Below, one piece after another: positions 53,335 through 62,082 of a stretch of 64,000 bases of DNA (within the stretch, counting starts at the first letter, position 1; each line of letters starts with the position of its first letter). The stretch is from a virus. The DNA lies in the IMG/VR virus record IMGVR_UViG_3300028898_000109, positions 1 to 64,000 of that record. The stretch is one strand, 5' to 3'. Under the pieces are notes generated by a model that worked only from the letters and a program-made list of their open reading frames with translations, did no database searches and had not been told where the DNA came from. The position numbers and the translations under genes were made by a program.

Positions 53335-53814
53335 TTACTCTACTGCGCTTAATGCCTGGCTTTCAATTTTTCTTAGCTTATCTAGCTGCTCTGTGGAGAG
53401 ATACTTATTATTTTTAAAAAATTCTTTACACTTCTTAACGTATCCTTTGCCACCTAAGTAACTCAAAGTCTCTAATAAGTCGTAAATTTGGGTATAGCTT
53501 AATGACCTGTCTTTACCCTCTAAAGTATAAATTTTATTTCTACTCTCTTTTATGTTCTTTTTAACTATTCTAAGCTCTGCTAAAAACTCTTTATAGGTAT
53601 CTATCTTATTAAGATTTTCAGGTGTATACTCAGCTATGCAATTAGCTTTGTCCGTGTATCCTCTCGTATCAGTTCCTTTTAGCCTAAAATGGTAGGAACC
53701 AGTGGAGGGAGCAATGGACACGTCGGTTATTAAAGTTCCAAAGCTGATCTTGCTATTTAAGTCTATAAGGATATACGTTTTTCTTCTATTAGGTTTTAGT
53801 GGTAGTGATTTCAC
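53335..53814 (-). CDS. hypothetical protein
   Basis: 159-codon ORF. Confidence 0.5.
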   Translation of the reverse strand: MKSLPLKPNRRKTYILIDLNSKISFGTLITDVSIAPSTGSYHFRLKGTDTRGYTDKANCIAEYTPENLNKIDTYKEFLAELRIVKKNIKESRNKIYTLEGKDRSLSYTQIYDLLETLSYLGGKGYVKKCKEFFKNNKYLSTEQLDKLRKIESQALSAVE

Positions 53815-54209
53815 TTTTCACCTCCGAATTTTTTAGTAAAATCTTGAAGTATTTTGTCTTCCCTGCTTGGTATACCGGGACCAGGATTAGAGAAATCTAT
53901 ACATATAATTGCCTCTGGTCCCGGTATACTAGAGTATTTTACCTTAGATAGTAAGGAATGAGTAATTTTATAACCAAGCCTAGTAAATAGCTCTTCGAGA
54001 ATAGGTATTGCCGCTTCACGACAAGGCACAGTAGTCGTGAGATAATTGTTGTTCACGGCTTTCTCTAGCTGTTCGTTAATTTCCTCTACCACAGTAGGAA
54101 AATTTTGCTCAAGCAATGCATACAATTCATCTGCAGACTTGTCAACCAATAGATCCTTAGCCAGCCTATCATTTACTTGCTTGTTTAGTTCTTTAGCTTT
54201 CGGGAACAT
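53811..54209 (-). CDS. hypothetical protein
   Basis: 132-codon ORF, 4-nt overlap. Confidence 0.5.
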   Translation of the reverse strand: MFPKAKELNKQVNDRLAKDLLVDKSADELYALLEQNFPTVVEEINEQLEKAVNNNYLTTTVPCREAAIPILEELFTRLGYKITHSLLSKVKYSSIPGPEAIICIDFSNPGPGIPSREDKILQDFTKKFGGEK

Positions 54210-54222
54210 ACTAATCCTTTAG

Positions 54223-54525
54223 TTACGTATTTTTAAAAGTTATTTCTATTTTTTCTTTGATAATTTCCCTGACAGTTTGTTCAATCTGCTTATTGACGTA
54301 GTCTTTAAACGTCTGTCTTGAGTATTTCATTCCGGAATCCAAATAGCTTAGAACAGATGACTCAAATACGTTTTTAAAATAGTTAGACTCAAACTTTTCC
54401 TTAACTATCCCGTTTACTATTTTTGTTACATGCTCCTCAACTATACCCTTAATTATCTCTTTGTCAAAGCCAAGGTCATTTGTTAAGTAATTTTTAATAG
54501 CCAAATAAGGCCAGGTGTTTCTCAT
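54223..54525 (-). CDS. hypothetical protein
   Basis: 100-codon ORF. Confidence 0.5.
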   Translation of the reverse strand: MRNTWPYLAIKNYLTNDLGFDKEIIKGIVEEHVTKIVNGIVKEKFESNYFKNVFESSVLSYLDSGMKYSRQTFKDYVNKQIEQTVREIIKEKIEITFKNT

Positions 54526-54531
54526 AGTAAT

Positions 54532-54912
54532 TTACTTTCTTTTTTCCCAATTCATTATATCAGATTGTTTATCTATATACCCTTTTAATATAGCAGTTCT
54601 AACCATGTGTTTAAACACGGGAAACATTTGGGATACTTTTTTCATTCTAATAACGTCGCTTGGTTTCATTTCTTCTTCTGGTCTATACATTTGAAACATA
54701 ATACCATCCTTAGAATAACAGATCCTTTTCTTTGCTTGAGACTTTTGTTCCCTAAATACTAAAATCATTCTGTGCATTGTTGCCATTAGATGGCTTCTTT
54801 CCATGAAGTTAATGGAGAGAACTTTTCCTTGCTCAGTGGTCCATGTTGGTCCGTCAGGGATCTTATCTTCTGGCTCGTCTAAGTAAAAACTGCCCATAAA
54901 TTTTACCTGCAC
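54532..54912 (-). CDS. hypothetical protein
   Basis: 126-codon ORF. Confidence 0.5.
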   Translation of the reverse strand: MQVKFMGSFYLDEPEDKIPDGPTWTTEQGKVLSINFMERSHLMATMHRMILVFREQKSQAKKRICYSKDGIMFQMYRPEEEMKPSDVIRMKKVSQMFPVFKHMVRTAILKGYIDKQSDIMNWEKRK

Positions 54913-55178
54913 TCTAAAAATAGTTTAAATCCAAATAAAATTGCAACAATGGTAAAAATAATCAAGTATGTACCCCTGCCACTAATATTTTCGTACTTAA
55001 CATTAGCTCTGTTTAGCAGGGATAGGTTCCTCGTGGTATCAATTAGGAACTCAGTTCTATCTGTCTCGTATACATCGAAGTCATAAAGAGCACTTTTCTC
55101 ATTTATTATTCTGGTTACAATCTCACTGCATTTTGAGCTTCTGTTGTATACCGTATCACCTGCTGAAAATCTAGGCAT
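54903..55178 (-). CDS. C-terminally membrane-anchored protein
   Basis: GTYLIIFTIVAILFGFKLFL at the C-terminus. Confidence 0.5.
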   Translation of the reverse strand: MPRFSAGDTVYNRSSKCSEIVTRIINEKSALYDFDVYETDRTEFLIDTTRNLSLLNRANVKYENISGRGTYLIIFTIVAILFGFKLFLECR

Positions 55179-55421
55179 TTAAAATTTTCCTTCGTTTCGT
55201 ATTACTGATAATAAAAGCCTTTGAGGCATAGCAGTACTATAAAGCAAAAGTTTCTGGTCATTTGTGTGTGCTACATTGTCTAACCAAAATTTTGCAAATT
55301 CATTTTCAAAATCTATTTTACCTTCTAAAACTATAGAACTGGCAAAGCTAACTAGCTTAAGCTCTTCTTCCCTATTTAAATTTTCTATCAGTAAAAATTC
55401 TTGATTGAAAGTATAACTCAT
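55179..55421 (-). CDS. hypothetical protein
   Basis: 80-codon ORF abutting neighbours. Confidence 0.45.
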   Translation of the reverse strand: MSYTFNQEFLLIENLNREEELKLVSFASSIVLEGKIDFENEFAKFWLDNVAHTNDQKLLLYSTAMPQRLLLSVIRNEGKF

Positions 55422-55423
55422 TT

Positions 55424-55648
55424 TTAATCCTTCTTTGTTTCATTATAGCATTTTTCACACATACATAATCCAGAACCAGAGAAATGTTGCCTTACACACA
55501 TCATACTTGAATAGCCATGCTTCTCGCAATTGATTTGTAGTCCAGGTTGAATAACATAACTTGCACACTTGTTACACGGATTTCGCACACAATAATGTCT
55601 TTCCACAGTAGAACATATTATTTCTTTACCGCTAGGTACTTTTTCCAC
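55424..55648 (-). CDS. Cys-rich small protein
   Basis: 11 Cys in 74 aa. Confidence 0.45.
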   Translation of the reverse strand: MEKVPSGKEIICSTVERHYCVRNPCNKCASYVIQPGLQINCEKHGYSSMMCVRQHFSGSGLCMCEKCYNETKKD

Positions 55649-55657
55649 TTTAGTACT

Positions 55658-55783
55658 TTAAGTCTTGTAAACAAGAATATAAGTTAATAGCGCGAAGAAC
55701 ACTAGTGACCCGTACATTGCAAAATTTCTTTCTGCCAAAGTTAGTGCTTCTGGGTTATTACAAATACAAGTACAAGTCTGCAT
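55658..55783 (-). CDS. small membrane peptide (41 aa, below cutoff)
   Basis: hand translation MQTCTCICNNPEALTLAERNFAMYGSLVFFALLTYILVYKT. Confidence 0.3.
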   Translation of the reverse strand: MQTCTCICNNPEALTLAERNFAMYGSLVFFALLTYILVYKT

Positions 55784-55823
55784 TTTATGTATCCTTATTT
55801 ATGAAATTATATTTAAAACAATT

Positions 55824-56054
55824 TTAACAGTGATTAATTAGGTCTCGTTCTCTGAGAAGTACAATAAAAGGTTCTCCATACCACACACCATCATACCACG
55901 TATTCGCAAATTTAAGGTCCAATAGCATGTCGTTTTTCAGGTCTTTAACTTTCTCATACACAACCCACCTAAGTATATTTTTACCAGAAACTTCTAGTAC
56001 GCGTTTAACTTTGAAACCGATTTTGATTGGCTCCGCATAGTCTGGGCAATCCAT
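55824..56054 (-). CDS. hypothetical protein
   Basis: track frame trimmed to the ATG overlapping the upstream stop (TAATG). Confidence 0.45.
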   Translation of the reverse strand: MDCPDYAEPIKIGFKVKRVLEVSGKNILRWVVYEKVKDLKNDMLLDLKFANTWYDGVWYGEPFIVLLRERDLINHC

Positions 56055-56512
56055 TAAACCTCCCCACAATACAAATAAGAAACTCCCAAACTTGACCACA
56101 TCTTAATCACGTCTATGTCATCGTCAATTGCAAAAATAACATCATAGTTTTGCTTTATCTGTTCCACAAAAACTTTTCTCTTGTACTCTATAACATCCCA
56201 TGAATGGTCGGGACGCATGAATAAAGTATGAAAGAAATTCAAAGTTAAGTTATCCCGCAACCAAGTAGTAGTTTTTTCTTGAACATCAATATGCCTACCT
56301 GTTAGAAAAATTACTACTATTTTAGGATCTTTACTTGTGTAAGCTTCAATTATACTTTTGCACCATAGATTAACAGAGTCCTTTGGCAATTCATCCCAGA
56401 ACATTTTATAGTAATCTTTACCATAAGTTTTCCTATCAAGGAACTTTAATCTGTGTTCAATATTACAGAGAGTTCCGTCTAAATCAATTATTATTGCAGG
56501 CTGTTTAGTCAT
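56054..56512 (-). CDS. HAD-superfamily phosphatase, polynucleotide 3'-phosphatase-like
   Basis: IIIDLDGTL (DxDxT), FLTGR, FAIDDD; size and motifs resemble the phosphatase half of T4 Pnkp; no kinase P-loop attached. Confidence 0.6.
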   Translation of the reverse strand: MTKQPAIIIDLDGTLCNIEHRLKFLDRKTYGKDYYKMFWDELPKDSVNLWCKSIIEAYTSKDPKIVVIFLTGRHIDVQEKTTTWLRDNLTLNFFHTLFMRPDHSWDVIEYKRKVFVEQIKQNYDVIFAIDDDIDVIKMWSSLGVSYLYCGEV

Positions 56513-56780
56513 TGGGCTTCTCTGTACTCTTAGCTATAAAATATCTCTCTAGTAAATCACTCTCTTCTTTAGTCAACCTCTCTAAAATCTCTCCTACCTT
56601 GTACTCACTTAGTACGTGTTGCAGTTGTTCCTTGGTAGTTAGTAAATTAATGGCAGTCACTTTTTTGCCATAAGGATACGTATCTGACAGTTCCTTGGTC
56701 AACGCATATATTAATTTATCAGTGTATCTATTTTCTTCCTCATCAAAAACTTCTTCGGATACTACATAGATTGTTTGCAT
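56505..56780 (-). CDS. hypothetical protein
   Basis: 91-codon ORF. Confidence 0.45.
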   Translation of the reverse strand: MQTIYVVSEEVFDEEENRYTDKLIYALTKELSDTYPYGKKVTAINLLTTKEQLQHVLSEYKVGEILERLTKEESDLLERYFIAKSTEKPND

Positions 56781-56783
56781 AGC

Positions 56784-57140
56784 CTATTGCTCCTGATTGT
56801 CTTTTAGCTCTACCGCATCTTCTATCATCATATCATCTGCGTAGGAAGTCTCAAGTAAGGATTCAATCTGTGTTGAAGTGTAGAATACTCTGTCTAAAAC
56901 TTCCTTCACAGCCTGGGTTAAAGTAGTAGATGTTGTGGAAATTTTATGCAGCAGCATATCGAAAGAACTATGCATTACTAACAAATTATGTAAATCCTCA
57001 AGAGAGAAGTAGTCGCGGAGATCTTCTTTCTCCTCTAAAACATCCTTAGCAATTGAACTAAAGAATGAACTAATTTTTTCAGAATACTTATCGACCTGGT
57101 CCTGTCTAATTTTATCTTCTTCAATAATTTCAATAGTCAT
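56784..57140 (-). CDS. acidic hypothetical protein
   Basis: 118-codon ORF. Confidence 0.5.
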   Translation of the reverse strand: MTIEIIEEDKIRQDQVDKYSEKISSFFSSIAKDVLEEKEDLRDYFSLEDLHNLLVMHSSFDMLLHKISTTSTTLTQAVKEVLDRVFYTSTQIESLLETSYADDMMIEDAVELKDNQEQ

Positions 57141-57144
57141 TTTG

Positions 57145-57288
57145 TTACTCCTTTTGTATTTTTACGAACAATTTTCTTTTTTTTTGAAAACATTTTACAC
57201 AATATACCTTACCCCTCCTACTTAATGGAGATGGTTGAAAATCATGAAAGCCAAAAATGCACATCAGTTCTTTAACCATTATTTTCAT
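57145..57288 (-). CDS. small protein (47 aa, below cutoff), DUF1660-like
   Basis: hand translation MKIMVKELMCIFGFHDFQPSPLSRRGKVYCVKCFQKKRKLFVKIQKE; contains an A9 run. Confidence 0.35.
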   Translation of the reverse strand: MKIMVKELMCIFGFHDFQPSPLSRRGKVYCVKCFQKKRKLFVKIQKE

Positions 57289-57297
57289 AACCCTAAC

Positions 57298-58287
57298 CTA
57301 GCGAGGCAAAAACATGCCTGCGTGAAAGTCCAGTATCAAGTTTCTTATAAAATCATTATCTAGCTTTTCAGGTAATGCACTATTCTTTTGTATTTCTAGT
57401 AATCTTTCCATTCCAACCTCAAGTTCCTCGCTGATTTGCTCATAAGGTAATTTGCCAGTCTTGATAAGCATTAATTTTTCTACGTCAGGTCTAGGGAAGG
57501 TAATATGCCCTGTAGTCAACAACTCCTCCGTTTGAGTCATTACTCTGTACGCATGATGCATACCTTTCCAGTCAACTCCTAAATTTTTCCTAGCTAATTC
57601 TGCTCTATGCCCGTATATGCCTTTTAGCCTAGTCGCAAGCTCAAGATTAATTTTTACCGAGTTAGTGGCCAAAAACTTTCTCTTCATGGCCTCAAATGCA
57701 GGTATAGTATTTACCATCTTATCATTTTGAGGTAGTTGGTGCCAAGTTATTCTGTCATGATCTTTCAACTGACTAACTATCGTATTCCAGTGCAATAGGC
57801 ATTTATCATTTTCTGGCAGTGTACTCAACACGTCAATGATTTTAACCAGAGCATCAATATTAGATCCTTTTAGACCGTACTTTGATGCTTGGGTGTAGAT
57901 ATAGTGTACAATGCCGTACAAATCTTTTTGCACTAAATTATTTCTGTACGATAGTAGCTTATCCCAAGTAGGAGAAGATTTTATTATACAGTGTTCTGGT
58001 GCAAAAAGCATATCGTAACACCCAGTATCACCATCCCTAAGCCCATATAGAAATTTTTTAAGTGAGTGAAATTGGGTGTCAATGTCCTGACTAGTATTTT
58101 TTCCTTGGCCATCTTTAGTGCTTGTGTTGTATGAATCAACGCACTCTCCAAGCAAAAGATCATCTACATTTGGTAGGAAGATACCGCGAAAATCTTGGTC
58201 ACTATTTTCGGTTGCAGTGCCGTACAAGTGACTGCCAAATTTCATCAACACAACTATATCTAAATCTGGTAAAGTATTCTCTGACAT
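57298..58287 (-). CDS. RlaP-type (PF10127-like) pol-beta-fold nucleotidyltransferase
   Basis: FGSHLYGTATENSDQDFRGIFLP N-terminal signature. Confidence 0.6.
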   Translation of the reverse strand: MSENTLPDLDIVVLMKFGSHLYGTATENSDQDFRGIFLPNVDDLLLGECVDSYNTSTKDGQGKNTSQDIDTQFHSLKKFLYGLRDGDTGCYDMLFAPEHCIIKSSPTWDKLLSYRNNLVQKDLYGIVHYIYTQASKYGLKGSNIDALVKIIDVLSTLPENDKCLLHWNTIVSQLKDHDRITWHQLPQNDKMVNTIPAFEAMKRKFLATNSVKINLELATRLKGIYGHRAELARKNLGVDWKGMHHAYRVMTQTEELLTTGHITFPRPDVEKLMLIKTGKLPYEQISEELEVGMERLLEIQKNSALPEKLDNDFIRNLILDFHAGMFLPR

Positions 58288-59316
58288 TTAATTAATCCTT
58301 GGTAACTTTAATTGCTCCTCAGGAACGTTCAAATATTTTGCTACTTCTTCTTTCATAGCAATCAATCCTTGAATCTCCATATCTGCCGCAGGGTTTACCC
58401 TTTGTTCAAGAATCTCTCCCAGCTGTCTTTCGGAGCAAGTAAATACCATCTCAGTTTCAATACCGTTAGGTAAGTATCTTGCCGCAGCTCCTCTAGCTTG
58501 CTTTTTAGCTGTAAACTTATCTACTCCATCATTGATTAAACCGTTATACACAGCAGCCATAACTTCTTTGTAATCTTTCTTGCCTAGATTCTCGCCAAGC
58601 ATATATTTAAAAGTTCTGTTATTTTCAGAGAAGTATTTTAAGTCGTAAGGATGATGAATAAACTTTGAATCTGTTTCATCACAATACCGTGTACTTCTCT
58701 GGCTAATTGCACTCTCGTAAGAATGTCTCACCATTTCATGACTAAAGTTTCTTGAAACATCACTAATCAAAAAGCTATACCAATTGTGATTTTGGGGTGT
58801 AGTAACTAAGTTTTCCTTCCATTTAATAACGGCGGATACTCTATACCCATCACACTTTTCAAACTCCGAAAATCTATTAAAAATAAGAGGAGCCTCTGTT
58901 TTTGCTATTTTAAGTAACTCATTCAGGAAACACTTAACCGTATAGTCCTCAATTTTCTTTTGCCTAAAAATTCTTTCCAAAAATCTAAAGTTGCAAGTAA
59001 AGTAGGAAGATCCTAAGTACCACCCTTTCTCATCTCTAAAGGCGAAGCTAATTAACCATAAGTAGTTTTGGTTTTCTGGAATTTCCACTCTTAGTATTGA
59101 GTGCGCTAATACTGATCCATGTTGCACGTCTAAAATATGGTCATGGTATTCTGGAGTTGCTCTAGACTTCTCTGTTAGAAATGAGTCATAGCAAGTTCTG
59201 CCTGCCACTTCTATAAGATTTTCTTGTGGCGTACCTTGTAAATGATGGTCAAATTTTGTAAAATCTGATCTATCTCTAATTAAGGCACCATTCACTCCGA
59301 TTAATTGTACTTTCAT
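58288..59316 (-). CDS. thyX: ThyX-like flavin-dependent thymidylate synthase homolog with a variant signature
   Basis: SRNFSHEMVRHSYESAISQRSTRY versus canonical RHRxxSxxxxSxRY; ARGAAARYLPNGIETEMVFTCSERQL tail; about 100 aa longer than typical. Confidence 0.55.
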   Translation of the reverse strand: MKVQLIGVNGALIRDRSDFTKFDHHLQGTPQENLIEVAGRTCYDSFLTEKSRATPEYHDHILDVQHGSVLAHSILRVEIPENQNYLWLISFAFRDEKGWYLGSSYFTCNFRFLERIFRQKKIEDYTVKCFLNELLKIAKTEAPLIFNRFSEFEKCDGYRVSAVIKWKENLVTTPQNHNWYSFLISDVSRNFSHEMVRHSYESAISQRSTRYCDETDSKFIHHPYDLKYFSENNRTFKYMLGENLGKKDYKEVMAAVYNGLINDGVDKFTAKKQARGAAARYLPNGIETEMVFTCSERQLGEILEQRVNPAADMEIQGLIAMKEEVAKYLNVPEEQLKLPRIN

Positions 59317-59358
59317 TTTTCCTCCGTATGTTTTTCATTCGTAACAATTTTAATAGAA

Positions 59359-59679
59359 TTACTCATTCCAACTTTCTACCCTACGAATGCACTTTTCAGC
59401 CTCTGCTTCGCTTACTACCTGGGATAAAAACCACTGACCCATGTTTGTACCTAGCCATTGAATAATTGTCTCCGCCACTTGAATATCTCTAACACTAAGC
59501 CTAGAATTTGTAGCATGATTATATGTAAGGATAGTTCTTAAAAAACCATGAGATACAACGCCTTTATCACCTAGATTCAATTTTCTCCACTCTTGAACAT
59601 ACTGTCTCTCCCGCCAGTTATTCTTAATTCTCTCTATATTTATACTTGCTTCACTACGGCTAACATTATTTTTTAACAT
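59359..59679 (-). CDS. hypothetical protein
   Basis: 106-codon ORF. Confidence 0.5.
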   Translation of the reverse strand: MLKNNVSRSEASINIERIKNNWRERQYVQEWRKLNLGDKGVVSHGFLRTILTYNHATNSRLSVRDIQVAETIIQWLGTNMGQWFLSQVVSEAEAEKCIRRVESWNE

Positions 59680-60533
59680 TTGTATTCCTTGTGCTTTTCA
59701 CCTACAACAGTTTTAACAAAACTAAAAATATCAAAATTGGCACCTTTGGTAATAGCTTTAATTTGATCTTTATCCCCAACTATTTGTTCTTCCTTGATTA
59801 GGTCAGCAACGTAGTCTTTTACTATTAACCCTAAAGATTTTGGGTAATCTAACAAGTATTTTTCATCTCTACTCAATAGCTTTTCCAGCCTTATTGGTTG
59901 TAATAAGTAGGAATAGTCAATCTTGTCTTTGGGTATAAATGAACCCTCAAATCTTTCACTTGGTTTTTTCCATTTTGTGTCCTCAGCTTTAAAAACCAAT
60001 TTTCTTTTTTGCCCATTTATATGTATTACTACGCCTTCCACTCGCATGAAACCTTTAACGAGTTTACTGCCATTATCTCTAAGGTCATTCATTATCTCTG
60101 TAATCTTATCATAGATAGAACCAGTAAAATCTTTATCGTTAAATAGCTCAGGTACTAGTACTACATGTGGTGGCAATCCTAAAGGATAAGGTCTGTCAGT
60201 ATTAAACAACGCAAACATTCTACCTTCATGCCCATCGTTAGGTGTAAGTCCTTCCCCAGAGTTTATTTTAATACCAATCCATTCTCCGTAATGTCTACCT
60301 AGCCCTAATTTCTCTATAAATTCTGCCTTGTATTTGTAAACAAATGAGGCAAAGCCGTAATTATCATTCGTTGGAAAAAGCCATCTTTCTCTGCTGCCAC
60401 AACGTAAATCTACACCATCTCCATTATCATAAATATAAATTTGGGCATTAGATCCATGAAGTTTTTGGTAAACTGCAAGGTGTATACCGCTGTATTTTTT
60501 AATCTCCGAAAAGTGTTTAAATTCTACTTCCAC
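59673..60533 (-). CDS. Rnl2-type (PF09414-like) ATP-dependent RNA ligase
   Basis: motif I YQKLHGSNAQIY, NDNYGFASF, YGEWIG, VEGVVIH, KLVFKAED. Confidence 0.65.
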   Translation of the reverse strand: MEVEFKHFSEIKKYSGIHLAVYQKLHGSNAQIYIYDNGDGVDLRCGSRERWLFPTNDNYGFASFVYKYKAEFIEKLGLGRHYGEWIGIKINSGEGLTPNDGHEGRMFALFNTDRPYPLGLPPHVVLVPELFNDKDFTGSIYDKITEIMNDLRDNGSKLVKGFMRVEGVVIHINGQKRKLVFKAEDTKWKKPSERFEGSFIPKDKIDYSYLLQPIRLEKLLSRDEKYLLDYPKSLGLIVKDYVADLIKEEQIVGDKDQIKAITKGANFDIFSFVKTVVGEKHKEYKC

Positions 60534-60758
60534 TTAGGTTGTCCTCTCAAAAATAACTCGATCATACTCTTTTGTGCAGGCACGGAGAAAATCAAACCTA
60601 GAAGACATAGTTGATGGACTACACATTGAGAGCATTTCGACGTGGAAGGACATTCTACCAGACCAAAATAGTGCGGGATCTTTAACAATACCTTCCTTCA
60701 CTAATTTTTTTAGTACCATCTTCTGCTCTTTTATGTACCTAATAACTTCGGAGTTCAT
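60534..60758 (-). CDS. hypothetical protein
   Basis: 74-codon ORF abutting the ligase gene. Confidence 0.45.
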   Translation of the reverse strand: MNSEVIRYIKEQKMVLKKLVKEGIVKDPALFWSGRMSFHVEMLSMCSPSTMSSRFDFLRACTKEYDRVIFERTT

Positions 60759-60785
60759 TTGTCACATTCCTTTCATTCTTGTATT

Positions 60786-61076
60786 TTACCACGCTGCTAC
60801 TTCATCGTTAATAAGGGATTTCGTAAAACTCTCTGATAAATTTAAACTATCACTTTTCATAATAACGGATAGTTCTGTTTGACTAACTAGAACGTGACCT
60901 CTCATAGAAATATGCTTAAAAGATATTATCTCAGCTACCTGTTTGGCAAAGTCCACTAGTGCTGCCTTCAATTCTACTGTTAGTGTTGAGGGTACTTTTA
61001 GTGTTATTCTATCCGGAGTAATGGTTAGTCTAACCGCATCATTATCTCGTACAGCTAATTCAAATTTTCTAGTCAT
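60786..61076 (-). CDS. hypothetical protein
   Basis: track frame (GTG at 61106) overlaps the tRNA; trimmed to the ATG at 61076, preceded by AAGGA. Confidence 0.5.
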   Translation of the reverse strand: MTRKFELAVRDNDAVRLTITPDRITLKVPSTLTVELKAALVDFAKQVAEIISFKHISMRGHVLVSQTELSVIMKSDSLNLSESFTKSLINDEVAAW

Positions 61077-61097
61077 TTTTAAATCCTTTTTTAAAAG

Positions 61098-61169
61098 TGT
61101 TTCCACCCGGAATCGAACCAGGAACTGGGGAGTAGAAATCCCTCGTTATGTCCATTTAACTATGGAAAC
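61098..61169 (-). tRNA. tRNA-Arg (anticodon UCU)
   Basis: hand fold of the minus strand: acceptor GTTTCCA/TGGAAAC, D arm GTTA-AATGGACA-TAAC, anticodon arm AGGGA-TTTCTAC-TCCCC (one A-C mismatch), T arm CCTGG-TTCGATT-CCGGG, discriminator A, no encoded CCA. Confidence 0.85.
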
Positions 61170-61404
61170 AAAAAATGTAAAAATGCCTGCTTCGGGAACC
61201 TTTCGGCAGGCGCGAAAGCAACAAGGTAAGGTGATACAATAAACTAACCTTTGTCCCAATATAAATTTAAAATCATTTAACACTATATATGTATTGTTAA
61301 ACTAAAATACGTGTGTGCAAAGTGCAATTAAAATTGCAATTTTCCCTCGAAAGTAAATTATGACATAATGTGTTATATTGCTATGTGCGTTATAACTCAC
61401 TTAG

Positions 61405-62082
61405 TCATTTTGCCTCGAAAGTGTACGTTCCTGTGTGAGTAACAATGAAGGAAGTCTCAAGATAGACGCCAATATCATGCTTTCGAGCTAGGGAACAGAA
61501 AAACCAATCCTCAGATTCTTGAATTCCAAATTCTTTGTTAATTTGGACCTGGAAAAAATCATGAGTTGTTACGGATTCACTGCCCATATTATCTGTATAA
61601 GTTGGTACATGAGGTTTAAGCATATCGAAAGCTAATCTGTCAATCATCATGAATCCTGTAGGTATATGTAACGCTTCCACGACACCATGAGATTTTGCTG
61701 TGGGAGTTTTCTGTAATTTCTTAAATCCCTCAAAGCTTTTATCATTATTAAAATAGCCATCTAAAACATTGTAATTAAGTTGAATTGGCAAAGTCTTCAT
61801 TGGATATGTTGCACCAACTAAAGCAGCCTCTCTACTCAATAATGTTTCAACATTTTCTGGCTCCCATCCAATATCTGAATCAATAAATAGAAGTTTATCA
61901 CATTTGCTTTCAAGGAATAATCTTGCGCATTTGTTTCTGCCTCTTTGAATAAGGGACTCATTTGATAAAAAACATGTTGTTATGGAACTACCAAATTTAT
62001 GCAAAGTATTAACTAAACTGTGAACGTAGTTACTATTAAAATTGCCTCCATAGGCAGGTGTACAGATCATGATCTTAGTCAT
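61405..62082 (-). CDS. GT-A fold glycosyltransferase
   Basis: trimmed to MTKIMICTPAYGG; CDKLLFIDSDIGWEPENV (DxD). Confidence 0.6.
   Translation of the reverse strand: MTKIMICTPAYGGNFNSNYVHSLVNTLHKFGSSITTCFLSNESLIQRGRNKCARLFLESKCDKLLFIDSDIGWEPENVETLLSREAALVGATYPMKTLPIQLNYNVLDGYFNNDKSFEGFKKLQKTPTAKSHGVVEALHIPTGFMMIDRLAFDMLKPHVPTYTDNMGSESVTTHDFFQVQINKEFGIQESEDWFFCSLARKHDIGVYLETSFIVTHTGTYTFEAK

Noticed and set aside
61185-61211. Hairpin GCCTGC...GCAGGC followed on the minus strand by ATTTTTACATTTTTT, just upstream of the tRNA
   Set aside because: It has only a 6-bp stem with a 15-nt loop, too weak to call as a terminator. It could equally be part of a tRNA promoter or processing region. The nearby 16-bp perfect palindrome TGCAATTAAAATTGCA (61323..61338) is noted but has no second copy to support an operator call.
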